Shown one piece after another: positions 12,459-22,324 of a stretch of 64,000 nt of DNA. The notes under the pieces were generated by a model. That model made no database searches, was not told the origin of the DNA, and saw only the letters and a program-made list of their open reading frames with translations. Made by a program: the position numbers and the translations under genes. How positions within the stretch are numbered: the first letter of the stretch is position 1; each line of letters starts with the position of its first letter. This DNA comes from an uncultured bacterium (GTDB lineage: Bacteria; Krumholzibacteriota; Krumholzibacteriia; JACNKJ01): positions 1,344,001 through 1,408,000 of the forward strand of contig CAVOFT010000001.1 of NCBI GenBank assembly GCA_963695095.1, in the 5' to 3' direction.

Positions 12459-13367
12459 ATGGCGAAGAAGAGCAAACGCTACACCCTGGTGCTCATCCGC
12501 GAAACGGAGCACCCCATTCGCCAGTTGCGGCTCAAGGCCTGGCAACTGCGCGCAGCGCTCGGCGCTACCCTCATCTTCCTGTTCGTACTCTTCGTTTTCG
12601 GCACGCAGGGCCTGCTGCGGGGCCGCAACGAATTGGAGCTGCGGGCGGCCAAGGCCGAGAACGCCAGATTGCGGGGCGATATCAAGCGCGTGCATGCGCG
12701 TGTTTCCCGCCTGGAAGGGACGCTGAAGGAGATCGACGAATTCCAGCGCTGGACGCGGACAGTGGCCAAGCTCGAACCCCTCGGCAAGGAAGCCCTGGCC
12801 GGCGGTGTGGGCGGGCCCAGCTCGCTGCGGCCTTCCATTGAGCTGGCCGGCGTCGATCGCCGCCTGGACCGTCTGTCCGGGCGCAGCCAGGTGCTCCGCC
12901 AGAGCGCGGAAAGCGTGCTGAGCGCCATTCGAGAAGATCAGGAACGCCTGCGCGGCATTCCCTCGATCCGGCCCGTGACGGGCGGCCGCATGACCAGTCG
13001 CTTTGGCCGTCGGGTGGATCCCTTCACCGGCCGCGTCGCCCACCACGACGGCATCGACATCTCCGCGCGCTCCGGTACGCCCATCGTGGTCACGGCGGAT
13101 GGCCAGGTCCGCTCGGTGGATTTCTCGAGCACCGGCTACGGCAATGTGCTCATCGTCGACCACGGCAACGGCATCGAGACCCGCTACGCCCACTGCAACC
13201 GCATCCTCGTCGCCCCGGGCCAGAAGGTCGTGCGGGGAGAGGTCGTGGCCACGGTGGGCAGCAGCGGGCATTCGACCGCTCCCCACCTGCATTACGAGGT
13301 TCTCCGTCGCGGCGAGCTGGGCAATCCTGCCCAGTACATCCTCTCCGACGAATTCGTCGTTGACTGA
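12459..13367 (+). CDS. M23-family metallopeptidase (TM, coiled coil, LytM domain)
   Basis: HDGID, YGN and HSTAPHLHYEV motifs; GAGG RBS before ATG 12459. Confidence 0.92.
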   Translation: MAKKSKRYTLVLIRETEHPIRQLRLKAWQLRAALGATLIFLFVLFVFGTQGLLRGRNELELRAAKAENARLRGDIKRVHARVSRLEGTLKEIDEFQRWTRTVAKLEPLGKEALAGGVGGPSSLRPSIELAGVDRRLDRLSGRSQVLRQSAESVLSAIREDQERLRGIPSIRPVTGGRMTSRFGRRVDPFTGRVAHHDGIDISARSGTPIVVTADGQVRSVDFSSTGYGNVLIVDHGNGIETRYAHCNRILVAPGQKVVRGEVVATVGSSGHSTAPHLHYEVLRRGELGNPAQYILSDEFVVD

Positions 13368-13416
13368 TCTCGTTCTCTCCGGCTAACTCTCTGGCGCGCC
13401 ACACGATGGAGCCGCC

Positions 13417-15273
13417 ATGTTCGCCAGGGAGAGACGCCGCGCCCCGCTGCCTCCGCGCGACGGCCTGCGGAGAGGATTCCGCTGCCGCAGCGGGGCGCTC
13501 CAGGCCTGGGCGGGCCTGCTGGTTGCATGCCTCTTGCTGGCCGTGCCGCGCTCCGCCGAGGCCGAGCCCAAGGTGAGCGCCATCCGGCACTGGACCGCTC
13601 CCGATCACACGCGGATCGTCCTCGACCTGGACAGCTCCTTCGATTATCGCGTCGCCACGCGCCCCTCCCCCGAGCGCGTCGTCATCGACTTGCCCGGCGC
13701 CCGCTTCGATTGCGGCACGGAGAATCGGCCGGTAGGGGACGATCTGCTCAATCGAATTCGCTGCAATCGCTTGGCCCATGGGGCTCAAGTAGTGCTTGAT
13801 CTGCGCGAGGATTTCCGGATCAGGTACTTCGCCCTGGACGCCATTCCGGGGGAGAAACCCCGCCGCCTGGTGGTGGACATCTTCCCGACCCGGCGCGGGG
13901 AGGCCGCGCCACCGCCGGCTTCGCCCAAGCCTGGCCTGCCCACGCCGCCCGCGGAGCGACCTCTCGCCGCGGCCGAGCCACCGGCAGCGGCGGTCCAGGA
14001 CTCTGCCCCCTCCGGCACCGCCGCCACCGGCCCTGCCGAGCCCGCCGCGGCGGCTGCGCCGGAGGCGCAGGCGGCCGCCGCGGACAGCAGCCCCGGCGGC
14101 CCGGGCGCAGCCGCCGCGGCGCCGGCAGGCGAGCTCGCCGCCGGCAGTCCGCCCGTCGAGCCAGCCGCCGCTGCCGCCGCTCCCCAGGCCGCCGCTCCCG
14201 CGCCCAGCGCCATCACCCTGGCCCCGCTGGGCGAGCGCGTCATCACCATCGCCATCGATCCCGGACACGGCGGTGAGGATCCGGGGGCCATCTACCGCGG
14301 CGAGCGCGAGAAGGACATCACCCTCGATATCGGCAAGCGCCTGCATCGTATTCTCGAGAACATGCCCGGCTACCGCCCTGTACTCACGCGCACGGGGGAC
14401 TACTACATCTCCCTGGGCCGGCGCCGCGAGCTGGCGGACAAGGCCCAGGGCGACCTCCTGATCAGCATCCACTGCAACACCGCGCCGAACCGGGGCGCGG
14501 GCGGCATCGAGCTCTACACGCTCTCCACGGAAGGGGCGACGAGCCGGCGGGCGCAGGCGCTCGCCGACCTCGAGAACCGCGCTGATCTCGTCGGCGGGAT
14601 CTTCCCGGGCGCCGGGGATGAGGAGTACAGGCTCGTCCTGTCCAAGCAGTTGAAGACGGCCATCGCGCGCAGCGGGCTGGTGGCCCAGGCGCTGCAGACG
14701 GAGGCCCGCCGCGATCCCGTCCTGCGCGCGAATCGGCGCCTGAAGCGGGCGGGCTTCGCCGTCTGCAAGATGGTCTCGATGCCCTCGGTGCTGGTCGAGG
14801 TGGGCTTCTTCACGAACGGCACGGACCTGCCCCTGCTGACGAGCGCGAAGGGCCGCCAGGCCTACGCGGAGTGGCTGGCGCGCGGCATCGACGCCTACTT
14901 CACCGAGTATCGCAGCACGCTCTTCGATCCCCTCTTCGCCCGTCGCGAGAAGCTCGTCTACAAGGTGAAGCCCGGCGACAACCTCTCCGGCATCGCCAAG
15001 CGCTTCGGGGTGAGCGTCGACGACCTCGTGCGGGTCAACCAGCTGACCCGCGCCGATCGCGTCCTCGCCGGTGAATTGCTGCTCGTCATGTCCGATCAGG
15101 CGGCGCCGGTGGTGCATCGGGTCAAGCCGGGCGAGAACCTCACCCTGATTGCCAAGCGCTACGGTGTGACGGTGGACTCGCTGCGCCAGACCAACCGGCT
15201 CCAGCGCAACGGCCTCATCCGGCCCGGGCAGGAGCTGGTCATCCTGCCTCTGGGCCGCGAGAAGGCCCCATGA
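13417..15273 (+). CDS. N-acetylmuramoyl-L-alanine amidase (AMIN, Ala/Pro linker, Amidase_3, 2x LysM)
   Basis: IRHWTAPDHTRIVLDL (AMIN), IDPGHGGEDPGA, ISIHCN, SVLVEVGF, and two VKPG(D/E)NL..IAKR LysM repeats. Confidence 0.92.
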   Translation: MFARERRRAPLPPRDGLRRGFRCRSGALQAWAGLLVACLLLAVPRSAEAEPKVSAIRHWTAPDHTRIVLDLDSSFDYRVATRPSPERVVIDLPGARFDCGTENRPVGDDLLNRIRCNRLAHGAQVVLDLREDFRIRYFALDAIPGEKPRRLVVDIFPTRRGEAAPPPASPKPGLPTPPAERPLAAAEPPAAAVQDSAPSGTAATGPAEPAAAAAPEAQAAAADSSPGGPGAAAAAPAGELAAGSPPVEPAAAAAAPQAAAPAPSAITLAPLGERVITIAIDPGHGGEDPGAIYRGEREKDITLDIGKRLHRILENMPGYRPVLTRTGDYYISLGRRRELADKAQGDLLISIHCNTAPNRGAGGIELYTLSTEGATSRRAQALADLENRADLVGGIFPGAGDEEYRLVLSKQLKTAIARSGLVAQALQTEARRDPVLRANRRLKRAGFAVCKMVSMPSVLVEVGFFTNGTDLPLLTSAKGRQAYAEWLARGIDAYFTEYRSTLFDPLFARREKLVYKVKPGDNLSGIAKRFGVSVDDLVRVNQLTRADRVLAGELLLVMSDQAAPVVHRVKPGENLTLIAKRYGVTVDSLRQTNRLQRNGLIRPGQELVILPLGREKAP

Positions 15274-15941
15274 AGCTGCGCGCGCTCACCCGCCATCTGC
15301 CCATCCGCATCACGAGCCTGGTGCTGGCGACCCTGCTCTGGGCGATGGTATCCGGGCAGCGCGAGGAGATCCGCACGCTGCGCGTGCCCCTGGACCTGCC
15401 GCTCTTGCCCGACTCGCTGATGTACCTGGAGGCGCCGCCCAAGGACGTGCAGGTGACCCTGCGCGCCAGCGGGCGCAAGCTCTTCTGGCTGCGCCTGAAG
15501 CCGCCCAGCCTGCGGCCGGGAATCAGCCTGCAGGCCACGACGGAGCCGGTCACGCTGCGCCTGCGCGAAGAGCTGCTCGACCTGCCGCTGCAGTTCAGCG
15601 GGGCCGTGACGGACATTACCCCGGCCACGCTGCGCATCCAGCTGGCGGCAGTGGCGGAGAAGGTGGTACCGGTGAAGGTGGTCGTGGGCAAGGAGCCCCG
15701 GCATCCCCTGCGCCTGGCCCTCGGCAGCGGACCCCTTGCCACGCCGGGCCAGGTGCGGGTGCGGGGCCCGCGCGAGCGCGTCAGCCGTATGCCCTGGGTA
15801 CGCACCGAGTTTCTCGACCTGTCCGACGCCACGCGCAGCGGCGAGCGCGAAATCGCGCTGGAGGCGCCGGATTCCCTGCTCCGCTTCACGCCGGCGACGG
15901 TGCTGGTGCGCTACGAAATCGAGGCCTGGCAGCCGGAGTGA
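15270..15941 (+). CDS. YbbR/CdaR-like domain membrane protein
   Basis: N-terminal TM (ITSLVLATLLWAMV) and YbbR-type beta repeats (P.QVRVRGP..V); ATGA overlap with the amidase stop. Confidence 0.7.
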   Translation: MKLRALTRHLPIRITSLVLATLLWAMVSGQREEIRTLRVPLDLPLLPDSLMYLEAPPKDVQVTLRASGRKLFWLRLKPPSLRPGISLQATTEPVTLRLREELLDLPLQFSGAVTDITPATLRIQLAAVAEKVVPVKVVVGKEPRHPLRLALGSGPLATPGQVRVRGPRERVSRMPWVRTEFLDLSDATRSGEREIALEAPDSLLRFTPATVLVRYEIEAWQPE

Positions 15942-15953
15942 CCCCCACCCAGC

Positions 15954-15982
15954 TTGACGCCGGGAGGGGGTGACCCTAGACT
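15954..15982 (+). promoter_or_regulatory. Sigma70-type promoter
   Basis: TTGACG-N17-TAGACT. Confidence 0.7.
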
Positions 15983-16012
15983 GCACTTAGCTCAAGGGAG
16001 GCACCACCGGGA

Positions 16013-16471
16013 ATGCTACTTTCCGAACTCCTCAAGGAAGACTCCATCCATCTGGACCTCACCAGCACCGACAAGCCAACCCTCTTCCAGGACGCCCTCA
16101 GCCGCCTGCACGCTCGCGGCCACGTGAGCGAACCGGCCATGGTTCTCCAGGATCTCGAAGTGCGCGAGAAGATCATGAGCACGGGCATCGGCCAGGGCGT
16201 CGCCATTCCCCACGCCCAGTCCGAAGGCGTGCCGGTCACCCACCTCTCGCTATGGCGTCCGCGGCGGCCCGTGGAGTTCGAGGCCATGGACGAGCAGCCG
16301 GTGGATCTCATCTTCATGATCCTCGGGCCGCGCGGCATCGGCAACGAGCACGTGAAGATCCTCGCCAAGATCTCCCGCCTCCTCCACGGCTCCGATTTTC
16401 GCGAGCGCCTGCGCCGCGCCGCCACGCCGGCGGACGTGCTCGCGACGATCCGCGACTTCGAAGCAAGCTGA
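16013..16471 (+). CDS. PTS EIIA (Ntr/fructose-type) protein
   Basis: REKIMSTGIGQGVAIPHA phospho-His motif and H..ILAKISRLL. Confidence 0.9.
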   Translation: MLLSELLKEDSIHLDLTSTDKPTLFQDALSRLHARGHVSEPAMVLQDLEVREKIMSTGIGQGVAIPHAQSEGVPVTHLSLWRPRRPVEFEAMDEQPVDLIFMILGPRGIGNEHVKILAKISRLLHGSDFRERLRRAATPADVLATIRDFEAS

Positions 16472-16573
16472 GTACCCGCCGGCGGCCGCGGCGCCTGCGC
16501 CCCGGCGCAGCCGCCGGGGCCATCGCCGCCGGGCGCTTCCACCTCTCCCGACGGCTCCCGACTAGGAATTGCG

Positions 16574-16948
16574 ATGCGAAGGCTCTGGCTGCTATACCTC
16601 GTCCTGATCTTCGGCCTTTCATCGATCCCGGCCGACCCGCGGCCGCAGGGTGCCCCTCTGTTCATCGACAAGGTGGCGCACTTCGTCCTCTACTGCGGGT
16701 TCGGCTATGTCTTCGCCCGCAGTGAGGACGGCCGGCGCCGCCGCGGCCTCTGGCCACTGCTCGCTGCGGCGTTGCTGGCGGCGCTGGTGGGCATGGTCGA
16801 CGAATTCTACCAGGGGTTCGTGCCCAATCGCAGCCGCGAGCTGGCCGATTGGCTGGCGGATCTCGCGGGCGGCGCCTGCGGCGGCCTGCTGGGTCTGGGC
16901 AGCGGCGGCCCTGCTGCCGCCGAGCGCGAAAGTGAGATCAGGCGATGA
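16574..16948 (+). CDS. VanZ-family membrane protein
   Basis: DKVAHF..Y and DEFYQGFVPNR...DWLAD motifs. Confidence 0.88.
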   Translation: MRRLWLLYLVLIFGLSSIPADPRPQGAPLFIDKVAHFVLYCGFGYVFARSEDGRRRRGLWPLLAAALLAALVGMVDEFYQGFVPNRSRELADWLADLAGGACGGLLGLGSGGPAAAERESEIRR

Positions 16949-18231
16949 GATTCCAGCGCCCCCGCGGCACCTACGACCGGACGCCAGAAGCCAGTCCGCT
17001 CTGGCGCCAGCTCCGCCTGCTCTTCGACCGGCTCGCGGTTCAGTTCGGCTATGCGGAGGTCGACCCGCCGATCTTCGAGCACACGGAGCTCTTCACGCGA
17101 GCGGTGGGTGAGGCCACCGACGTCGTCAGCAAGGAGATGTACACCTTTCCGGACCGGAAGGGACGCAGCCTCTCCTTGCGGCCGGAAGCGACGGCCGGCG
17201 TCGTTCGCCTCGTCCTCGAGAACAGCCTGCTGGCAGCCGGCGGGCTCCTGCGCCTGGCCTACTGGGGCCCCATGTTCCGCTACGACCGCCCCCAGGCCGG
17301 CCGCTTCCGCCAGTTCGTGCAGCTGGGCATCGAGGCCTTCGGCAGCGCCAGCCCTGCGATGGACGCCGAGGTGATCGAGCTGTTCGTGGGCCTCCTGCGC
17401 GAGGTGGGGCTCGCCGAGTTGCGGGTGGATCTGGGCAGCGTGGGCGACAGCTGCTGTCGTCCTGCCTATGAGGACGCCCTGCGCGTCTTCCTCGCCGGCG
17501 TGGACGGGGAGCTCTGCCCCACCTGCCGGGAGCGGCGGGAGGCGAACCCCCTGCGCGTCTTCGACTGCAAGCTGCCGGCCTGCCAGGCAGTCTTGGTGGC
17601 GGCGCCGCGGATCATGGATCAGCTCTGCCTCGAATGCCGCAATCACCGTGATCGGCTCGAGTCGCTGCTCAGCGAGCGCGGCGTGCCCTTCCGGCGCGAT
17701 CGCGATGTCGTGCGCGGCCTCGACTACTACACGCGCACGGTCTTCGAGGTGCACTACCCCGCGCTCGGCGCGCAGAGCGCTCTCGGCGGCGGCGGCCGCT
17801 ACGACCGCCTCGTCGAGGCCTGCGGCGGGCCGCCGACCCCGGCGGTGGGTTTCTCGGCGGGTCTGGAGCGCCTGGTCTGGGCCATCGGCAACGAGCGCAC
17901 CCTCGGTCCCCGCGAGCTCAGCGAGCGCGGCGCCTACCTCGTGCTGCTCAGCCCGGCGGCCGAGGCGCCGGCGGCCCGCATCGCGGCGCGCCTGCGGGCG
18001 AGCATCCCGGCGGAAGTGGATTACAGCGGCCGCGGGCTGAAAGCGCAGCTCAGGAGCGCCAACCAGCGCGGCGCCCGCTTCGCCATCCTTCTCGGCGAGG
18101 AGGAACTGGCGGCACATGCCGTCACCGTGAAGGATCTGGATTCCGGCGAGCAGAAGGCCCTGCCGGAAGAAAACCTGCTCGAGCTGATCCAGGCCTGGAC
18201 CGCTGGCATGCCGCCGGCGCCCCGGCCCTGA
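16945..18231 (+). CDS. hisS: Histidine--tRNA ligase
   Basis: PRGTYD, LRPEATA, FRYDRPQAGRFRQF, VRGLDYY and GGGRYD. Confidence 0.97.
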   Translation: MRFQRPRGTYDRTPEASPLWRQLRLLFDRLAVQFGYAEVDPPIFEHTELFTRAVGEATDVVSKEMYTFPDRKGRSLSLRPEATAGVVRLVLENSLLAAGGLLRLAYWGPMFRYDRPQAGRFRQFVQLGIEAFGSASPAMDAEVIELFVGLLREVGLAELRVDLGSVGDSCCRPAYEDALRVFLAGVDGELCPTCRERREANPLRVFDCKLPACQAVLVAAPRIMDQLCLECRNHRDRLESLLSERGVPFRRDRDVVRGLDYYTRTVFEVHYPALGAQSALGGGGRYDRLVEACGGPPTPAVGFSAGLERLVWAIGNERTLGPRELSERGAYLVLLSPAAEAPAARIAARLRASIPAEVDYSGRGLKAQLRSANQRGARFAILLGEEELAAHAVTVKDLDSGEQKALPEENLLELIQAWTAGMPPAPRP

Positions 18232-18265
18232 TTCCGTCCTTTCCCCAGCGATCGGAGGCAGAAGG

Positions 18266-20059
18266 GTGCTGGACAACCTGGGCGAGTGGCGACGCAGCGA
18301 CGACTGCGCCGCGCTGCGCGGCGCCGATACCGGGCGCGAAGTGACCCTGATGGGCTGGGTGCACCGGCGCCGGGATCACGGCAACCTCGTCTTCATCGAT
18401 CTGCGGGATCGGAGCGGCCTCTGCCAGGTGGTCTTTGCCGGCGAGGACGAGGAGCTGGCCGAGCGCTTGCGGCCCCTGCGCAGCGAGTGGGTGCTCGCCG
18501 TGCGCGGCACCCTGCGCCGCCGGCCGCCGGAGATGGTGAACGCCGATCTGCCCAGCGGAGAGATCGAGCTGGTGGCCAGCGAGCTGCGCGTGCTCAACGG
18601 CAGCCTGACGCCGCCCTTTCCGATCGAATCCTTCCAGGAGGGCGAGGTCGGCGACGACCTGCGCCTGAAGTATCGCTACCTGGATCTGCGCCGGCGCGAG
18701 ATGCAGTCCCGCATGCGCTTCCGGCACGACGTGACCCTGGCCGTGCGCGAGCAACTCGCACGCGAGGGCTTTCTCGAGATCGAAACGCCCCTGCTCATCC
18801 GCAGCACGCCCGAGGGCGCGCGCGACTACGTGGTGCCCAGCCGCGTCCAGCCGGGCCAATTCTATGCCCTGCCCCAGAGTCCGCAGCTGTACAAGCAGCT
18901 GCTGATGGTGGCCGGCTACGAGAAGTACTTCCAGATCGCGCACTGCCTGCGCGACGAGGACCTGCGCGGCGACCGCCAGCCCGAGCACACCCAGATCGAC
19001 ATGGAGATGAGCTTCGTCGGCGAGGACGAGGTGTTCGCGGTGGTGGAGCGCATGCTGCAGGCGGTCTTCCGCGAGGTGCTGGGCCGCGAGCTGCCCCTGC
19101 CCTTCCCGCGCCTGAGCTACGAGGAGGCGATGGCGCGCTTCGGCAGCGACAAGCCGGACCTGCGCTTCGGGCTCGAGCTGGTCGACCTGGGCGCCGTGGC
19201 GGCGCGCACCGAGTTCACGGCCTTCACCGGCGCGCTGGCCGCAGGCGGGGTCGTGCGCGGCCTCTGCGTGCCGGGCGGCGCCGCCTTCTCGCGCAAGGAG
19301 ATCGACGAGCTCGAAGCCGTGGCCAAGACCTACCGCGCCAAGGGTCTGGCCTGGGCCAAGCGCGGGGCGGAGGGGCTGAGCGGCGGCGCGGCCAAGTTCT
19401 TCCCGGGCGCCCTCGGCGAGGCGCTGATCCAGGCCGGCGGGATGGGAGAGGGCGACCTCCTGCTCATGGTCGCCGATCGCGGGGAGACGGCCGCCACGGC
19501 CCTCGGCGCCGTCCGCAGCGCCCTGGGCGCCAAGCTGGGGCTCGCGACCGGCCGGGACTACCGCTTCCTCTGGATCCACCGCTTCCCGCTCTTCGAGCGC
19601 GACGAGGCGGGCCTCTGGCAGGCCATGCACCATCTCTTCACCATGCCCTACCCGGAGGACATTCCGTTCCTGGAAACGGATCCCGGTCGGGTTCACGGCC
19701 AGCTCTACGATCTCGTGTGCAACGGCGTCGAGCTGGCGAGCGGCAGCATCCGAATCCACCGGCGCGACATCCAGGAGCGCGTGATGGCCGTGGTCGGCAT
19801 CGGCAAGGAGGAGGCCGAACGACGCTTCGGCTTTCTCCTCAGCGCCTTCGACTACGGCGCTCCGCCCCACGGGGGCATCGCCCCGGGGCTCGATCGCCTC
19901 TTGATGGTGCTGGACGGCGGCGCCTCCATTCGCGACTACATCGCCTTCCCGAAGACCCTGCAGGGCAAATGCCTCATGGTGGGCAGCCCGGCGCCCCTGG
20001 AGCCTGTGCAGCTGGAGGAGCTGCGCTTGCAGTTGCGGCCGGGGGACGCCGACGCCTAA
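18266..20059 (+). CDS. aspS: Aspartate--tRNA ligase
   Basis: RRRDHG..FIDLRD, TPEGARDY, LPQSPQLYKQ, GSDKPD and GAPPHGGIAPGLDR. Confidence 0.97.
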   Translation: MLDNLGEWRRSDDCAALRGADTGREVTLMGWVHRRRDHGNLVFIDLRDRSGLCQVVFAGEDEELAERLRPLRSEWVLAVRGTLRRRPPEMVNADLPSGEIELVASELRVLNGSLTPPFPIESFQEGEVGDDLRLKYRYLDLRRREMQSRMRFRHDVTLAVREQLAREGFLEIETPLLIRSTPEGARDYVVPSRVQPGQFYALPQSPQLYKQLLMVAGYEKYFQIAHCLRDEDLRGDRQPEHTQIDMEMSFVGEDEVFAVVERMLQAVFREVLGRELPLPFPRLSYEEAMARFGSDKPDLRFGLELVDLGAVAARTEFTAFTGALAAGGVVRGLCVPGGAAFSRKEIDELEAVAKTYRAKGLAWAKRGAEGLSGGAAKFFPGALGEALIQAGGMGEGDLLLMVADRGETAATALGAVRSALGAKLGLATGRDYRFLWIHRFPLFERDEAGLWQAMHHLFTMPYPEDIPFLETDPGRVHGQLYDLVCNGVELASGSIRIHRRDIQERVMAVVGIGKEEAERRFGFLLSAFDYGAPPHGGIAPGLDRLLMVLDGGASIRDYIAFPKTLQGKCLMVGSPAPLEPVQLEELRLQLRPGDADA

Positions 20060-20106
20060 GTCATCCGCTACGATGAGGTTGCGGCTTCGCAGTGCCCAGA
20101 TAGTCC

Positions 20107-20135
20107 TTGACAGTGCCCAGGCGGCAACCTAGAGT
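20107..20135 (+). promoter_or_regulatory. Sigma70-type promoter
   Basis: TTGACA-N17-TAGAGT. Confidence 0.65.
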
Positions 20136-20223
20136 TAGCGCTGTTGAGTTGTTGGTACAAACGCTTTCAGGAAAAGGGTTTAACCTGCCAAGAGCGCTTC
20201 GCTCCCGCCCAGGAGGATCGGCT

Positions 20224-20523
20224 CTGAGCACTCGGTCGAGTCGCTCGCGTACCGCCTGGTTCCTCGCCCTCCCGCTGGCCTTGCTCGCGGCCGGTTGCGG
20301 CACGCCGCCGCCCTGCAACGTGAAGCCCGCCCAGATCGAGGCGGCCCGGCTGGAGGCTGCGGCCACGGCGACCGGCGAGGCGGACGAGGCTGCGGCGCGC
20401 GCCGAACTCGAGCAGGCCATCGCCGCCCACAAGCTCGCGATCCAGGCTGCCGCCGACTCCAGCGCCGAGCGCTCCGCGCTCGAACAGCGCCTCGTCGAAC
20501 TCAAGCAAGGCAGCGGTCGCTAG
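20224..20523 (+). CDS. Small coiled-coil lipoprotein
   Basis: Lipobox LAAGC followed by GTPPPC and an Ala/Glu-rich helix. AGGAGG at 20211 points to a CTG start at 20224. Confidence 0.65.
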   Translation: MSTRSSRSRTAWFLALPLALLAAGCGTPPPCNVKPAQIEAARLEAAATATGEADEAAARAELEQAIAAHKLAIQAAADSSAERSALEQRLVELKQGSGR

Positions 20524-20546
20524 GTGCGCGCGGCAGGGGAGCAGGG

Positions 20547-21242
20547 ATGAAATCCACGACTCGCGCCATGCTGCTCCTGGCCGCCGTCGCGAGTCTGGCG
20601 GCGCTGCTCGCGACCGCCGGCTGCAGCCGGCCCGTGCTGCGCCAGGCCGACGTGGCGGCGGGCGACTACTACAGCGAAGCTGAGTACGACCGCCTCTCCA
20701 GCGAGCAGCGCGAGCGCTACTGCGCGGATCTGGCGGCCGAACTCGATCGCGTCCGCGTCCCCCGGGCGTCCACGCCCGCAGTCAGCGAGGACGCGGAATT
20801 GCAGCAGCTGCGGGCGGAGCTGGCGCGGCTCCAGGTGCTGGTGCTGGGCGCGGAGAGCGACTTCAGCGCCCTTCGCGCCGAGATCGCCGCCTACGAAGCG
20901 CTGCCGGACAGCTACCTCGTGCAGCCCGGCGACGACCTGATGGGCATCGCCGCCCAGGAGCAGATCTACGCCGATCCCCGCAAGTGGCCGCGCCTGGCGC
21001 GGGCGAATCGGGAGCGGATCGCCGACCCCAGCCGCATCCACCCGCAGCAGCTGCTCTACGTGCCGCGCGACTGGCCGCGCCAGCACCGCGTGGTGACCGG
21101 CGAATGGCTGAGCAAGATCGCCGGCTACTGGGAGATCTACGACGATGCGCTGGCCTGGCCGCGGCTCTACGAGGCGAATCGCGACCAGATCGCCGATCCC
21201 GACCTGATCCGACCCGATCAGGTCCTGACCGTGCCACGCTAG
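20547..21242 (+). CDS. LysM-domain lipoprotein (coiled coil plus two LysM-like domains)
   Basis: Lipobox ATAGC; repeats YLVQPGD.L..IA...W..L..ANR..IADP..I.P.Q and HRVVTGEWLSKIA...ANRDQIADPDLIRPDQ. Confidence 0.85.
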   Translation: MKSTTRAMLLLAAVASLAALLATAGCSRPVLRQADVAAGDYYSEAEYDRLSSEQRERYCADLAAELDRVRVPRASTPAVSEDAELQQLRAELARLQVLVLGAESDFSALRAEIAAYEALPDSYLVQPGDDLMGIAAQEQIYADPRKWPRLARANRERIADPSRIHPQQLLYVPRDWPRQHRVVTGEWLSKIAGYWEIYDDALAWPRLYEANRDQIADPDLIRPDQVLTVPR

Positions 21243-21334
21243 CGGGCAGCACTGCGGCGGCCGCCGCAGCGCCGACGGCATGCACCGCAGATCCGGCGCC
21301 CCCCGCGCCGGAGCCGCTTGCGCGAAGGACGCCC

Positions 21335-22324
21335 GTGTCGAAGGAACACAGCGAGACACTCTCCTTGGCCGATGTCGACGCCCTCAACCTGCTGGGGGTC
21401 GGCGATCGCCATCTCAAGATCCTGGCCGAGGATTTCCCCGGGCGCATCACGGTCCGCGGCGACAAGGTGCTGCTGACGGGGCCGCGCGCCCGCGTCGAGG
21501 ACATGGCGGCCGTGCTGCTGGAGCTCATCGAGCTGGCCAAGACGGGCCGTGCCCTCTCCGATCAGGACATCCACTATGCGCTGGGCCTGCGCGGGTCCCA
21601 GCCCGAGCGCCGTCCCCCCGAGGCGGAGGGGGCCGTCTTCCAGACGGCGCGCGGCGCGCTGGTCACGCCCAAGACTCCGGGCCAGCGGCTCTACGTCGAG
21701 GCGATGGCGGCCTACGACATCGTCTTCGTCATCGGGCCGGCCGGCACGGGCAAGAGCTACCTGGCCATCGCCCAGGGCCTGGCCCTGCTGCGCGAGCGCA
21801 AGGTCGAGCGCCTGCTCCTCGTGCGGCCGGCCGTCGAGGCCGGCGAGAGCCTGGGCTTCCTGCCCGGCGATTTGCAGGAGAAGATCGATCCCTACATCCG
21901 CCCGCTCTACGATGCCCTCACGGATCTCGTCGGCGCCGCGCGCACGAAGCGTCTCATCGAGAGCGGCGCGGTCGAGGCGCTGCCCCTGGCCTACATGCGC
22001 GGCCGGACGCTGAACTCGGCCTACGTGGTGCTCGACGAAGCGCAGAACACCACGATGATGCAGATGAAGATGTTCCTCACCCGCCTGGGCAACGGCAGCC
22101 AGGCCGTCATCACGGGGGACATCACCCAGATCGACCTCGAGCGGCCCGAGGGCTCGGGCCTCATCGCCGCTCGCCGCCTGCTCGCCGATATCGACGGCAT
22201 TCGCTTCATCGAGCTCGACGAGAACGACGTCGTCCGCCACCATCTGGTGCGGCGCATCATCGCGGCCTTCGAGCAGGCATCGGCCGCCAAGCCGGCGCCG
22301 GCTACCCCCGAAGGGACAGCATGA
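21335..22324 (+). CDS. PhoH-family ATPase
   Basis: GPAGTGKS, RPAVEAGESLGFLPGD, MRGRTL and LDEAQN. Confidence 0.95.
   Translation: MSKEHSETLSLADVDALNLLGVGDRHLKILAEDFPGRITVRGDKVLLTGPRARVEDMAAVLLELIELAKTGRALSDQDIHYALGLRGSQPERRPPEAEGAVFQTARGALVTPKTPGQRLYVEAMAAYDIVFVIGPAGTGKSYLAIAQGLALLRERKVERLLLVRPAVEAGESLGFLPGDLQEKIDPYIRPLYDALTDLVGAARTKRLIESGAVEALPLAYMRGRTLNSAYVVLDEAQNTTMMQMKMFLTRLGNGSQAVITGDITQIDLERPEGSGLIAARRLLADIDGIRFIELDENDVVRHHLVRRIIAAFEQASAAKPAPATPEGTA

Noticed and set aside
13890..14215. GC-rich repetitive tract inside the amidase
   Set aside because: It is an ordinary in-frame Ala/Pro low-complexity linker, not a DNA repeat element.
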